The notes below the pieces were generated by a model that was not told the DNA's origin, ran no database searches, and saw only the letters and a list, made by a program, of their open reading frames with translations. Below are positions 29,119 to 40,200 of a stretch of 64,000 nt of DNA, piece by piece (the first letter of the stretch is position 1; each line of letters opens with the position of its first letter). The stretch comes from Engelhardtia mirabilis (lineage in GTDB: Bacteria; Planctomycetota; UBA1135; GCA-002686595): NCBI RefSeq assembly GCF_007748095.1, contig NZ_CP036287.1, forward strand, positions 1,024,345 to 1,088,344. Reading direction: 5' to 3'. Both the position numbers and the translations under genes were made by a program.

Positions 29119-29262
29119 CAGGATAGCGGCGCCCGGGCCCGCTGCGGCCTGTGTTGATCGCGGCGCCGCGATCGTCGCGCCGCGCCCGGGAGGCCCCGCG
29201 CAGCGCGAAAGCCTCGGCCGGCGCTGCGACGGCGAGCGGGGCGCGGACTACAATCCGCCGCG

Positions 29263-30129
29263 ATGCCCGCCCCTCCGCCCGATGCCCGTTCCCAGACCGC
29301 CGAGGTGGTCTCCGTCGAGCCCTGCGGCGACGACGCGGTCGTGCTGCGGGTGCGCCCGGAGGCGTCGCTGGCGCCCGTGCGCGCCAGTCGCTTCTTCATG
29401 CTCAGGCGCGAAGACGGCCTCTCGCCGCTGATCCCCAGGCCCTATTCGATCTACCGCGACGGCCCTGCATCGAACGGTGCCCGCGAGCTCGAGTTCCTGA
29501 TCAAGGTCATGGGCCGCGGCTCCCAAGCACTGGCCAAGTCGCGTCCTGGCGAGCGCCTGCGCCTGATCGGTCCCCTGGGCAACGGCTGGCCGACTCTCGA
29601 CGGCGACGGGCCGCCCTGGGTCCTGCTCGCCGGCGGCGTGGGCTCGGCGCCCTTCCTGATGGGGATCCAGCAGGCCCTGGCCGGGATGGACGACGCGCGC
29701 GCCTGTCGCCCCGACCAGCTCTGGTACCTGTTCGGTGCGGCGACGAAAGGCCTGCTCTACGACCTGGGCGCCTTCGAAGCGACCGGCGTGCACGTGCACA
29801 CGGCGACCGTCGACGGCAGCCACGGGCGCCGCGGCAACGTGCTCGACCTGCTCGAGGACCTACAGCGCAGGGGCGACCTGCCCAGCGAGGTGCGGCTGCT
29901 CGCCTGCGGACCCGAGCCGATGCTCGAAGCGGTCGAGCACCTGGCCCGCGAGCGCGGCCTCGAGTGCTGGCTGAGCCTCGAGACGCTGATGGGTTGCGGC
30001 GTCGGCATCTGCAACGGCTGCCCGGTCCCGACCGTGCCGGGCGGGCCGCTCGGCGCCTGGACCAATGCCAAGTGTTGTGTGGAGGGACCGGTCTTCAGTG
30101 TCGACGCGGTCACCCTCGCTGGGGCCTGA
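29263..30129 (+). CDS. PyrK-like FAD/NAD-binding oxidoreductase with a C-terminal 2Fe-2S site (dihydroorotate dehydrogenase electron-transfer-subunit family)
   Basis: RPYSI FAD motif, GGVGSAPF NAD motif, C-terminal CGVGICNGC cluster. No pyrD next to it. Confidence 0.7.
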   Translation: MPAPPPDARSQTAEVVSVEPCGDDAVVLRVRPEASLAPVRASRFFMLRREDGLSPLIPRPYSIYRDGPASNGARELEFLIKVMGRGSQALAKSRPGERLRLIGPLGNGWPTLDGDGPPWVLLAGGVGSAPFLMGIQQALAGMDDARACRPDQLWYLFGAATKGLLYDLGAFEATGVHVHTATVDGSHGRRGNVLDLLEDLQRRGDLPSEVRLLACGPEPMLEAVEHLARERGLECWLSLETLMGCGVGICNGCPVPTVPGGPLGAWTNAKCCVEGPVFSVDAVTLAGA

Positions 30130-30366
30130 GTGTTCGGTCGGGCTCGCTCACGCGGGCCGCGGCTCGCGTGCTGCGGGCGCGAGCCGGACGACCGGCCCCG
30201 GTCCAGCCGCCGCAATCCGGGTCTGGAGCGCCGACGGCGACCATCCGCGCAGCCCCCTCACGCCGACCCCTGCGCCGCTGCGTGAGATTTCGGCCCCTGT
30301 GCCTTTGTTCGCAGGCCCCACCGCCCGGCAGAGTCAAAGGGCCTTCCTTACCCAGCTCGCCCCTGA

Positions 30367-31002
30367 ATGGGCCACTGGGGCCGGAGTAAGCCCGCTGTCC
30401 TTTCAATCGCGCAACCCTCCTGGCTGACGACCTTGTTCGACTTCCTTCCCGAGTACTGGAGCCTCACCACGCTCTACGTGGCCTGCGCGGCCGTCGGCGG
30501 CGCGATCGTCCTGCTGCAACTGGCCCTGAGCCTCTTCGGATTCGGTGCGGACGACGTGGACGTCGAGGCCGAGGTGGACCTGGGTGGTGACAGCGACCTG
30601 CAGTTCCTCTCCATCCGCGCCATCGCCGGCTTCCTGACCATGTTCGGGTTGGTGGGCTGGGCGGGGACGGTCACGGGTTGGAGTCCGCCGATCTCGGCCC
30701 TGGTCGCATTCGGCGCCGGCCTGACGACTTTCCTCGCCGTCGCCTGGCTCCTGAGCCTGCAACGCAAGCTCGACTCGAGCGGCACCCTCGATCCCAAGCG
30801 CGCCGAGGGCTCTACCGCGCGGGTCTACCTCCGCATCCCCGCGGCCAACGTCGGCCGCGGCAAGATCACCGTCGAGCTCCAGGGCCGCACTGCGGAGTTC
30901 GAAGCCTTCACCACGGGCTCCGAGTTGGCGACCGGCACGCAGGTCCGCGTGGTCCGGATGACATCCCCGGGAGTCTTCCAAGTTTCCGCGTTGGACGACT
31001 GA
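30367..31002 (+). CDS. NfeD/YqiJ-family membrane protein (flotillin partner)
   Basis: Several TM helices then a C-terminal OB-fold-like beta segment (VYLRIPAANVGRGKITVELQGRTAEFEAFT); sits directly upstream of the flotillin gene. Start uncertain (ATG at 30367 or an in-frame TTG at about 30433). Confidence 0.7.
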   Translation: MGHWGRSKPAVLSIAQPSWLTTLFDFLPEYWSLTTLYVACAAVGGAIVLLQLALSLFGFGADDVDVEAEVDLGGDSDLQFLSIRAIAGFLTMFGLVGWAGTVTGWSPPISALVAFGAGLTTFLAVAWLLSLQRKLDSSGTLDPKRAEGSTARVYLRIPAANVGRGKITVELQGRTAEFEAFTTGSELATGTQVRVVRMTSPGVFQVSALDD

Positions 31003-31150
31003 GTACCTGAAGTCTCGGTTAGCGGCGTGCGTCGTCGCAATCCGTAGCGACGCGCTGCTGTTCGCGATTCCACATCGCAGCAGGTTCGGCCCGACGGTCC
31101 CCGACCAACAAGACGACTTCCAGTAGCCCCAGGGCGCTGCCCAATCATTC

Positions 31151-32851
31151 ATGCACACACCGATTTCGTCCCCCGTCCTCGCCGAGAGCCTGATCGACCC
31201 CAACTCGGTCTGGCTGCTGGTGATCCTCGCCGGGGTCATCATCTTCGCCGGCCTCGTGATCGCCCTAGCGAGCCGCTACAAGCGCTGCCCGTCGAACAAG
31301 GTGCTGGTGATCTACGGCCGCACCACCAAGGGCAGCGCGGCGCGCACCCTGCACGGCGGCGGCGCGTTCGTGATCCCGCTGGTGCAGGAATACGCCTACC
31401 TGAGCCTGGATCCGATCCAGATCGAGATCCCGCTCGACGGCGCGCTCTCGATGGAGAACATCCGCATCTCGGTGCCCAGCGTCTTCACCGTCGCCATCGG
31501 CACCGAGCAGGCGATCATGACCAACGCCGCCGTACGCCTGTTGGGGCTCAGCACGGGCGAGATCATGAAGCAGGCCGAGGACATCATCTTCGGGCAGTTG
31601 CGCCAGGTGATCGCCTCGATGCAGATCCAGGACATCAACCGCGACCGCGAGCAGTTCCTGTCCAGCGTCCAGAACTCGCTCGAGCCCGAGCTGGCGAAGA
31701 TCGGTCTGGTGCTGATCAACGTCAACATCAAGGACATCACCGACGAGTCCGGCTACATCGAAGCCATCGGTCGCAAGGCCGCCGCCGAGGCGATCCAGCA
31801 GGCGATGATCGACGTGGCGGACCAGGAGAAGAGCGGTGCCATCGGTGTGGCCGACGCCCAGCGCGAGCGGGCGATCCAGGTCGCCAACGCCGAGAAGATT
31901 CGCGACATCGGCACCAAGGAGGCCGAGCGCGAGCGCGCCGTGCGCCTGGCCGAGCTCGACAAGGACCGCGAGATCGGCGAGCGCCAGGCCGAGTACCAGC
32001 GCGAGGCCGCGGTCAAGGACGCCGAGCGCGAGAAGCGCATTCGCATCTCCGAGGCCACGGCGAAGGCGGTCGAGGGCGAGAACGCCAACAAGGCCCTGGT
32101 GGCCGAGGCCAACGCTCAACTGCGAATCCGCGAGGCCGACGCCTACCAGGCGGCCGAGTCACGCCAGAAGGAGGCCGAGGCGGCCGTGCTCGAGGCCCAA
32201 TACCTGGCTCAAGCCCGTGCGGCCGAGGCCCAGGGCAAGAAGCTGGAGGCCGAGAAGCGCGCCCAGCTCGAGTCGGTGGCGCGGGCCGAGAAGGCCCAGA
32301 CGATCGTCGACGCCGAGGCCAACGCGGCCAAGGTCAAGATCGACGCCGAGGCCCAGGCGGCGGCAATCTTCGCGCGCCTCGACGCCGAGGCCCGCGGTCA
32401 GTACGAGATCATGGCCAAGAAGGGCGACGGTCTGAAGCGCATCGTCGAGTCCTGTGGCGGGGCGCCCCAGGCCTTCCAGATGCTGATGCTCGAGCACATC
32501 GAGAAACTGAGCGAGAACGCCGCCAAGGCCATCAGCAACATCGAGTTCGACAAGATCGTCGTCTGGGACGGCGGGGGCAAGGACGGCAAGAGCGCGACCA
32601 GCGACTTCCTGCAGAGCCTGGCCGGATCGCTCCCGCCGGTGATGAACATGATGCGCGACATCGGTGGCGTCGACATGCCGGAGTTCATCGGCAAGCTGCG
32701 TGGCGACGGGGATGCCGAGCCGCCGGTGACGCGCAGCAGGAACGCCGCGGAGGACGCCGAAGCGGATGCGAATCGGGAGGCGAAGGCCGAGGCCAAGCCG
32801 TCCGCCGGGACCTCGACCGAATCCGAGCAGCCCCGGAAGGCGCAGGACTGA
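31151..32851 (+). CDS. Flotillin / SPFH (band-7) domain protein, YqiK-like
   Basis: N-terminal TM helix, SPFH domain, and a long Ala/Glu-rich coiled coil (EAxxRAEAEA repeats). Confidence 0.9.
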   Translation: MHTPISSPVLAESLIDPNSVWLLVILAGVIIFAGLVIALASRYKRCPSNKVLVIYGRTTKGSAARTLHGGGAFVIPLVQEYAYLSLDPIQIEIPLDGALSMENIRISVPSVFTVAIGTEQAIMTNAAVRLLGLSTGEIMKQAEDIIFGQLRQVIASMQIQDINRDREQFLSSVQNSLEPELAKIGLVLINVNIKDITDESGYIEAIGRKAAAEAIQQAMIDVADQEKSGAIGVADAQRERAIQVANAEKIRDIGTKEAERERAVRLAELDKDREIGERQAEYQREAAVKDAEREKRIRISEATAKAVEGENANKALVAEANAQLRIREADAYQAAESRQKEAEAAVLEAQYLAQARAAEAQGKKLEAEKRAQLESVARAEKAQTIVDAEANAAKVKIDAEAQAAAIFARLDAEARGQYEIMAKKGDGLKRIVESCGGAPQAFQMLMLEHIEKLSENAAKAISNIEFDKIVVWDGGGKDGKSATSDFLQSLAGSLPPVMNMMRDIGGVDMPEFIGKLRGDGDAEPPVTRSRNAAEDAEADANREAKAEAKPSAGTSTESEQPRKAQD

Positions 32852-33738
32852 TGGATGCCCAGCTCGGCCTCGTTGCGTGCCTGGTGGCACTGGTTTTGGC
32901 GGCCTGCCAGGCCACCGGCAGCGGCGGGGCCGAGACGGGCTACGTCGCCGCCGCGATCGACCCGACGCCCCTGTGGGACTTCACCGATCCGGCGGCGAGC
33001 GAGGCCAGATTCGCCGAGCGGGCCGAGGGAGCTGCAGCGGGCGAGGCGCTTCTGTGGCGCACCCAGCAGGCTCGGGCCCTGGGCCTGCAGGGCGACTTCG
33101 ACCGGGCGCGGGCGTTGCTCGCCGAAGTCGAACGGGAGCTGCCCGCGGAGGCGAGCGAGGGCCGAGTGCGCTACTGCCTCGAGCTTGGACGCGTCGAGAA
33201 CAGCGCGGGCGACCGCGCGGCCGCTCGACCCTGGTTCGCTGAGGCGTGGGAAGTCGCCAGCGCCCTGCACCTGGACGGCTTGGCCGTCGATGCGGCCCAC
33301 ATGATCGGGATCGCGGCGGAGGGAGACGAGGCCCTGCGGGCGAATGAGCTCGCGCTCGAACTCAGCGCGACGTCGAAGGACCCCGACGCCCGACGCTGGC
33401 GCGCGAGCCTCGAGAACAACCAGGGCTGGATCCTGTTTGACGACAAGCAGCCCGAGCAGGCACTCGTCCACTTCGAGCGGGCCCTCGCCGCACGCGAAGA
33501 GCAGGGCAACCTGCGCACCATCCGCATCGCCCACTGGTCCATCGCGCGCTGCCTGCGCGAGCTGGGCCGACTGGACGAGGCGCTCGCGATCCAAGAGCGG
33601 TTGGCGCGCGAGCTAGTCGAAGCCGGCGAGACCGACGGCTACGTGGACCAAGAGCTGGGCGAGCTGAAGCGCGCCCTCGGCCGCGACGACGAGGCCCTCG
33701 CGCACCTCGCCCGGGCGCGCGAGCTGTTGGGCGAGTAG
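32851..33738 (+). CDS. TPR-repeat lipoprotein
   Basis: The start overlaps the flotillin stop (TGATG). Lipobox LAAC. TPR-like helical repeats (ALGLQGDFDRARALLAEV...). Confidence 0.65.
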   Translation: MDAQLGLVACLVALVLAACQATGSGGAETGYVAAAIDPTPLWDFTDPAASEARFAERAEGAAAGEALLWRTQQARALGLQGDFDRARALLAEVERELPAEASEGRVRYCLELGRVENSAGDRAAARPWFAEAWEVASALHLDGLAVDAAHMIGIAAEGDEALRANELALELSATSKDPDARRWRASLENNQGWILFDDKQPEQALVHFERALAAREEQGNLRTIRIAHWSIARCLRELGRLDEALAIQERLARELVEAGETDGYVDQELGELKRALGRDDEALAHLARARELLGE

Positions 33739-33815
33739 GCTCTCGGGCGTAGTCCGCGGCCTCGGATGCGATCCGGGTCCGATCGGTCGAGCGCTTGTTT
33801 CGATGCCCCTGACCC

Positions 33816-34508
33816 GTGCACCGCTACTTCCGGTGCCGAGCTTGCATGCCCAGTCTTCACGCTGTTCGCGATCTGCGCGGCCTGACCAAGGCCCTGCTGA
33901 TCCTCCTTTCTCTGGATGCCGCGGTCTCGATCGTCGCTGCGGCCTCGTCCTTGATGCAGGCCCAACTGATGGGCCTTGGCTACCTCACTCAAGCCCAAGC
34001 GGAGGCCAACGACCTGCGCGAGGGGCTGATCGCGCTGGTGTGGTTGGTGACCTTCCTCGCCACGGTAGTTGCCTTCTGTCGGTGGATCTTCGTCGCGAAC
34101 AAGAACGTCCGGGCGCTCGGCGCACGCGGGCTGAGGGCCTCGCCGGGCTGGGCCGTCGGCTCGTTCTTCGTGCCCATCGCCAGCCTCTGGATTCCATTCC
34201 AAGCGATGAAGGAGTTGTGGCTCGCGAGCTACCAGCCCGCCGACTGGCGCGGGGGAACGACCGCAGGCCTGGTGCGCGCTTGGTGGGCGGCCTGGCTGGT
34301 GAACTGGGTTCTGGCGAATGTGTCGCAGCATTGGATGGACGCGGCTGACCACCCCGCCGCCATGGCATCGGCCAGCTACTTCCAGGCATTCGTCAAACTG
34401 TTCGAAGTTCTCCTCTGCCTCGCCGCGGGCCTCGTCGTCAGCCGCATCACGGCGGCTCAGGTGGCGAGTGCCGACGCGCTGCGGGCGAGTGAAGAGGCCG
34501 GCGGCTAG
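33816..34508 (+). CDS. DUF4328-family membrane protein
   Basis: FCRWIFVANKNVRALGARGLRASPGWAVGSFFVPIASLWIPFQAMKELW matches the conserved DUF4328 core; TM segments flank it. Confidence 0.6.
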   Translation: MHRYFRCRACMPSLHAVRDLRGLTKALLILLSLDAAVSIVAAASSLMQAQLMGLGYLTQAQAEANDLREGLIALVWLVTFLATVVAFCRWIFVANKNVRALGARGLRASPGWAVGSFFVPIASLWIPFQAMKELWLASYQPADWRGGTTAGLVRAWWAAWLVNWVLANVSQHWMDAADHPAAMASASYFQAFVKLFEVLLCLAAGLVVSRITAAQVASADALRASEEAGG

Positions 34509-34550
34509 TGGGGTGACCGTGTTCGCCGCCTCCCTCGCGTCGACCTCCGC

Positions 34551-35474
34551 TCAGAGGTGGCCGAGGAATGTCAACCAGCGCCCGCGCTGACGCAGCTCGT
34601 CGATCTCGAGGCCCGCGGCGCGGATCGCCGCGGTGGTCGCCGCCCCGTGGCGGTCGGGGCAGCCGGAGAACAGGAAGCGCCCGCCTGGGGCCATGCGCTC
34701 CGCCAGCTCGGCCGAGGTGGCTTGCAACACGTCCGAGTAGATGTTCGCCAGGACCAGGTCGAAGTCGCGATCGTCGTCGGTCAGCACCGAGAAGTCACCG
34801 GTGCGGAACTCGGTACGGTCCGCGACGCCGTTGTCGTTTGCGAGGTCGCCTGCCTCGCGTGAGCTGCGCGGGTCGATGTCGAAGCCGATCGCGAGCTTCG
34901 CACCGCACATGGCGGCGGCGACGGCGAGGATGCCGCTGCCGGTGCCGGCGTCCAGGGCGCGCGCGCCCGCGAGATCGAGCTCCTGCAGGGTCCGCAGGCA
35001 GGTGCGCGTGGTGGCGTGGCGCCCGGTGCCGAAGGCCCCGCCGGGTTCGAGGCGCATCAACACGTCGCCCGGGCGGCGCGGCCGATCCCAGTCGTGGGTG
35101 ACGACGCACAGGTGGCCGACCCGGAAGGGCTTCCAGGACTTGCGCCAGGAGGTGGCCCAGTCTTCGGGCGGCAGGGAGTGGAAGGTCGGCTCGAGGCCGG
35201 CCAGCTCGGGCGCGCCGGCGCGGGAGGCGACGGTCGCCAGGCGTTCGGCCACGGCATCGCGCAGCTCGGGGGTGTCGTCCTCGGCGGCGAAGAAGGTCCG
35301 CACGTAGTCGGTGCCCTCCGGCGCCGCGGGCCCTACCAGGTTCGGCCGCCCGAAGGCGACGGAGGAGCAGGCGTCGAGGGCCAGCTCGCCCGCGATCAGC
35401 TCCTCCCAGCCGATCGGAACCACCACCCGCACCTCGATCCAGCCGCGCCGGGCGCGTTTCGTTTCGGTCTCCAC
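34551..35474 (-). CDS. prmA: Ribosomal protein L11 methyltransferase
   Basis: FGTGRHATTRTCL, SAM motif ALDAGTGSGILAV, and the C-terminal ...RGRWLTFLG. GTG start at 35474 (VETETKRARRGWIEVRVV); the tracked ORF is over-extended upstream. Confidence 0.85.
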   Translation of the reverse strand: METETKRARRGWIEVRVVVPIGWEELIAGELALDACSSVAFGRPNLVGPAAPEGTDYVRTFFAAEDDTPELRDAVAERLATVASRAGAPELAGLEPTFHSLPPEDWATSWRKSWKPFRVGHLCVVTHDWDRPRRPGDVLMRLEPGGAFGTGRHATTRTCLRTLQELDLAGARALDAGTGSGILAVAAAMCGAKLAIGFDIDPRSSREAGDLANDNGVADRTEFRTGDFSVLTDDDRDFDLVLANIYSDVLQATSAELAERMAPGGRFLFSGCPDRHGAATTAAIRAAGLEIDELRQRGRWLTFLGHL

Positions 35475-35575
35475 GGCCGCAGAGCTGACCCGCGCTGGCC
35501 GCGGGGCGCAAGCGCTGCGCCGCCGATCGTGGCCGGTTAGGCTCGCGGCCCACCGCCAACTGAAGGAGTCGGACC

Positions 35576-36823
35576 TTGCTCGAGCTCGCTGGACTGAAGA
35601 TCGCCCTGGCCGCCGTTGCCCTGACTGCCGCGGCGTTGCCCTCACCCCAGGAGGCGAGCGAGCCCGGCGCGTTGGACTGGGCCAAGGCGATCGACGGCGC
35701 CGTGGACCTCCTGCTCGAGTGCCAGGAGTCCTACGTCCCCGACCGGCCGGTGGGGCGCTTGGACGAGGACGAGCTGGCACCGTGGCAGGAGGCCGAGCGC
35801 GCGCGGCTGCGCAAGCTGCGCTCGGTCAAGATGGCCGGCGTCGAGTGGCCCTACGAGGGCGTCTACCGCGTCGGCCCCGACGGACGCATCCCGCCCGGCT
35901 ACCGCGTGGGCGGCACCGCGATCGTCTGCCTGGCGCTGATCGAAGCGCCGGGCTTCGCCGAGGACGGCGGCCGGCGCGCTGCCGTCGAGCGCGGCGCTCG
36001 GTTCATGCTCGAGATGCTCAGCGACGATCCCGGCCTCACGGCGGGCCCCAAGGCCAGCTACGACGTGCGCGGCTGGGGCCACGCCTACGCCCTGACCTTC
36101 TTCCTGCGCGCCCTGGACATCGATGCCTTCGAGCACGACCAGATCGCCGCCGCCGCGCGCGAGTCGATCCCCGAGCTGATCCGCTGCATCGCCGCCTGCG
36201 AAGAGGAAGGCGGCGGCTGGAACTACGCCTCGGGCCGGATCAGCCCTTTCATGACCGGCTCGACCCTGCTGGCACTCTTCCACGCCGCGGCCCGCGACTT
36301 CGAGGTCGACCCCGCCCTGATCGAGCGCGCCCTCGACGCCCTCGAGCTCGGCCGCGCCGAGAACGTCGCCTACGCCTACGCCGGCCCCGCCCGCGGCGCC
36401 GTCCCGATGCCCGGCTCCGCCGCCCGCTCCGCCATCGCCGAACTGGCCCTGTCACGCGCCGGCCGCTCCGACCCGGCCAGCCTGCTCACCGCCGTCGAAG
36501 GCTTCTTCGAATGCTACGACGACCTCCTCGACCGCAAGAGCCAGCAAGGCACCCACGAGGGCGACTACGCGATCGCCCCCTACTACTTCTTCTTCGGCCA
36601 CACCTACGTGGCCCAAGCCATCGAAGCCCTGCCCGAACCCGCCCGCCCCCCGTTCCGCGAAGCCCTGCGCGACAAGCTCGCCTCCACCCGCGACGCCAAC
36701 GGCACCTGGAACGACCGCATCTTCCCCCGCAGCGCCAGCTACTCGACGGCGATGGCCGTCCTCGCCCTACTCGCCCCCGACCTCCCGGCGACGCCGGATT
36801 GGCGGCGCAAGTCCGAGGAGTGA
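35576..36823 (+). CDS. Secreted prenyltransferase / squalene-oxidase-repeat (alpha/alpha-toroid, terpene-cyclase-like) protein
   Basis: Signal peptide; repeated aromatic/GGW motifs (RGWGHAYAL, EEGGGWNYASG); toroid repeat spacing. Confidence 0.6.
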   Translation: MLELAGLKIALAAVALTAAALPSPQEASEPGALDWAKAIDGAVDLLLECQESYVPDRPVGRLDEDELAPWQEAERARLRKLRSVKMAGVEWPYEGVYRVGPDGRIPPGYRVGGTAIVCLALIEAPGFAEDGGRRAAVERGARFMLEMLSDDPGLTAGPKASYDVRGWGHAYALTFFLRALDIDAFEHDQIAAAARESIPELIRCIAACEEEGGGWNYASGRISPFMTGSTLLALFHAAARDFEVDPALIERALDALELGRAENVAYAYAGPARGAVPMPGSAARSAIAELALSRAGRSDPASLLTAVEGFFECYDDLLDRKSQQGTHEGDYAIAPYYFFFGHTYVAQAIEALPEPARPPFREALRDKLASTRDANGTWNDRIFPRSASYSTAMAVLALLAPDLPATPDWRRKSEE

Positions 36824-36852
36824 GAGGCGCGGGCGCGCCTCCCCCGGGTGGC

Positions 36853-37230
36853 TCAGCCCGCGACCGCCTCGACTTCGATCTCCACCTTCCAGGCGGGATC
36901 GAGGAGGGCGGCGACGACGACCATGGTCGCGACGGGCTGGTCGTCGCCGAAGAGCTCGCGATGGGCGCGGCCGATGTCGTCGGCGTCGGTGGCGTCGGTG
37001 ATGAACATGCGGGTGCGGAGGACTCGGGCGGAGTCGCCGGCGAGGGCGCGCAGGGCCTCCTGGGCGATCTGGCCGCAGCGCAGCATCTGGTCGTAGGCGG
37101 TGGCGCCGAGGGCTTTGCCGGGGGCGGGGATCGGCGCGGTGCCGGCGACTTCGAGGCGGTCGCCGATGCGGAGGGCGCGGCAGAAGCCGTAGCGGGCTTC
37201 GAAGGGGGAGCCGGAGTGGACCTGCTGCAT
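36853..37230 (-). CDS. RidA/YjgF/TdcF-family protein (reactive enamine/imine deaminase)
   Basis: 125 aa with the C-terminal ...ARVLRTRMFITD...PVATMVVVAALLDPAWKVEIEVEA signature of the Rid family. Confidence 0.8.
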   Translation of the reverse strand: MQQVHSGSPFEARYGFCRALRIGDRLEVAGTAPIPAPGKALGATAYDQMLRCGQIAQEALRALAGDSARVLRTRMFITDATDADDIGRAHRELFGDDQPVATMVVVAALLDPAWKVEIEVEAVAG

Positions 37231-37241
37231 GGGGCGGGGAT

Positions 37242-40200
37242 TCAGAAGGGGGTCTCGTCGGCGGCGGGGAGGTCGTCGGGGCCGAGCTGGTCGTAGGTGG
37301 AGTCGTCCGGGCCGGGGCCGTCGTGGCCTTCGTAGCGCTCGTAGCCCTGACTCGCGTCGTGGCGGGCGGAGCTGCTGGGGTCCGAGCTGCGGTGCGTCGA
37401 ATCACGGTGCGTCGAATCACGGTGCGTCGAATCACGGTGCGTCGAGTCACCGTGCCCCGAGGTGCTCTGCCACCAGGCACCGTGCTCCGAGCTGCCGTGG
37501 CCAAGGCCGCCGTCGCCTGGCTCGGCGTCGAACAGGCCCTGCTCGTAGGGGCCGGGCTCGTAGGAGCTCGGCGTCCCGTCCGGGGCCTCCTCCAAGTCGG
37601 TGGGACGCGGCTCTCGAAGCCCGGCGGCTCCCGCCTCGTGAACCTCGCTGCGCGCGTCGTCGAACGCGTCCACGCGCGTCTCGGCGAACGGCGTGGCCAA
37701 CCCGGCGGCGCGCAGGTCCGCGGTGAGGCCCACGTGCTCGAAGACCTGCGTGAAGCAGTGGTCGCTGTCGCCGCGCACCAGGCGCGCGGCACCCTCGGCG
37801 CCGGTGGCGTCGACGGGCAGCTCGCGCAGGAACGAGCGGTGCCGTGGCTCGAGGATGCGGTGGTCGAGCAGGTGCACGCAGCCCTTGTCGCTCGCGCGGC
37901 GCATGAGGCGGCCGAAGCCCTGGCGGAAGCGGCCCAGGGCGCGGGGCATGTAGATGCGCTTGCGCTGTCCACCTGCTCCGAGCACGGCGCACTGGGCGTG
38001 GTGGTAGCGGTCGGGGACGCCGTAGGGGAGCTTGGGGATCACCACGTGCTCGAGCACGTCGCCGGGGAAGTCGGCGCCGAACCAAAAGGTATCGAGGCCG
38101 ATCAACACCGCGCGCCCGCCGGCGCGGAAGCGGGCGGCGAGCTGCTCGTTCGACAGGGCCCGACGGCCCTGCACGAGCACGTCGATGCCGCGTCGGGCCA
38201 GGGGCACGCTCAAGCGACCGCCCAGGTCGAGGGCGTCGCTCGCATTGGTCATCAGGACCAGGGTCCGCCCGCCGGTGCGGATCGCCAGGTGCGCCACGTA
38301 GCGCGCGGCGAAGTCCAGCCAGGCCGCCTTGCCCGCGCGGTAGTCCGGCGCGTCGCGCGGGATTGCCACCAGCACGCGCCCGTAGTCGAAGGCCTCCGGC
38401 GCGCGGAAGGTGCGTACTTCACTCGGCTCGCGCTCCTCGCCCTCCGCTGGCTCGGCGGCGCGGTCCAGGCCCAGGTAGCCCTTGGACGCGTCGAAGCCGC
38501 CGCCCAGCCACGTGGTCGCCGACAGGAGCACCGCGCTGTCGAGGTCCGGCAGAGCCACGCGCCCCAGGTACTCGTTGGGCAGCAGCACGCGCGCCACCAG
38601 CGCCAGGCCACCGCCGCGCGCGGCGGGATCCAGGTCGTAGAAGGTCTCTGGCCGGAAGGCCGGCTCGCCGTCGTGGGTCGGCAGCCAGGCGTCGACGCCG
38701 GTGGACAGCTCGAGCAGGTCGATGCGCGCGCGCTCGAGGGCGCCGCGCAGGCGCCGCCCGCCGCCGCCGGGGACCTCGTCCAGGGTCTCGCCGACCCCGG
38801 CCAGGCAGGCGTCCACCCGCGAGAGGCTCGAAACCAGGCGCGCGTGTAGCGCGGCGAGGGCCGGATCCACTGCGGCCTCCACGTACTCGCGCAACAGCGA
38901 GTGGGCGTCCCGCTCGGCGCGGCTGGCGAGTTGCGCCTGGCGCCAGTCGAGGAAGCGTTGGCCCGCCTTCTCCAGACCGCCGAGCAGGGACAGTGCAGCC
39001 TCCTGGGCGTCGATGATCTGCTGGCCCAGCTCCCAGGCCTTCGACCCCGCGGGCGCCGCCTTGATCAAGCGATCCACCGGCCCGCGCCGGCGCGAGCGCC
39101 GCCCGCGCTTGCTCGGGTCGCCGCGCAACTCGCGCAGGCGGTACTCGAGCTCGGCCAGGGCGATCACGTGGCTGAAGGCGCTCTCGGCCTGGTCGTGCAG
39201 GTGCTCGCACTCGTCGAAGACCATGTGCGCGAAGAACTCGCGCCGCGCCAGGGCGAAGGCCTGGTTGGTGATCACGACGTGGCTGCGTTCGGCGCGCCAG
39301 CGGGCGGACTCGGCGCCGCAGCGGCTGCGGTCGGCGGTGCGCGTACAGCAACCGCTGCGCCCGCGCACCGCGCGCACCAGGCGCGCGCGTTCTTCACTGA
39401 CGCCGTCGATCCCGCCGAAGGGCGTGCGCTCGATGGGCGGCAGGCGGTCGAGGTCACCGTCGCCCGCACCGAGGGCGAAGGCGAGGACCTGGGCGTAGGC
39501 CACGGCCAGGGACGCCTCGTCGCCCTCGCGCGGCGACTCGAGGGCCAGGGCCCGGCCGCAGACGTAGTTCTGCCGACCCTTGAGCACGCCGGCGCGCGGC
39601 CGCTCCGCGATCCCGGCGCGCTCCAAGAGCTCGAGCGCCAACGGCACGTCCCGCGCGAAGGCCTGGCGTTGCAGCGCGCGCGTGTAGGTGGCGATGCCCA
39701 CGCGGATGCCGTTGCGCACGGCGAACAGCATCGCCGGCAGCAGGTAGGCCAGGGTCTTGCCCGTGCCGGTCGGCGCGTGCAAGAGCAGCAGCTCGCCGCT
39801 GCCCAAGCTGTTGGCGACGGCTCGTAGCACCTCCACCTGAGACGGTCGCGCAACCAGGCCGGCCGCGGCGACCGCGCTGTTCGGGATGGCGCCGTCCGGG
39901 ATCGCCTCGGGCCGGGCCAGGGCCTGGGCCAACAGCTCCCGGTCCGCCTCGTCCAGGGGCCGCACGCCCTCACCACCGGGCGGCAGGGACTCGCGCGGCC
40001 AGGTGCCGTTGGGGTCCTCGCCGGTGGAGTGTTCGTGCCCGAGCTGGGCCGAGCCCACGGCGATCTCGAGTTCGGCCGAGCGCAGCCCGCACTCGCGCAG
40101 CCGCCCGTCGAGGGAGGTCGGCGCGCCGATCGCCGAGGGCTGGTCCACCAAGTGGGCGATGGCTCGCAACCTGCTGGCCGCCGCGGGCTCGACCCCGTCC

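Noticed and set aside
34557-37296. ORFs 34795-35685 (-), 35311-37296 (+), 36767-37972 (-), 37323-38849 (+)
   Set aside because: They are off-frame or antisense products across the prmA, terpene-cyclase-like, ridA and dinG genes, and are low-complexity.
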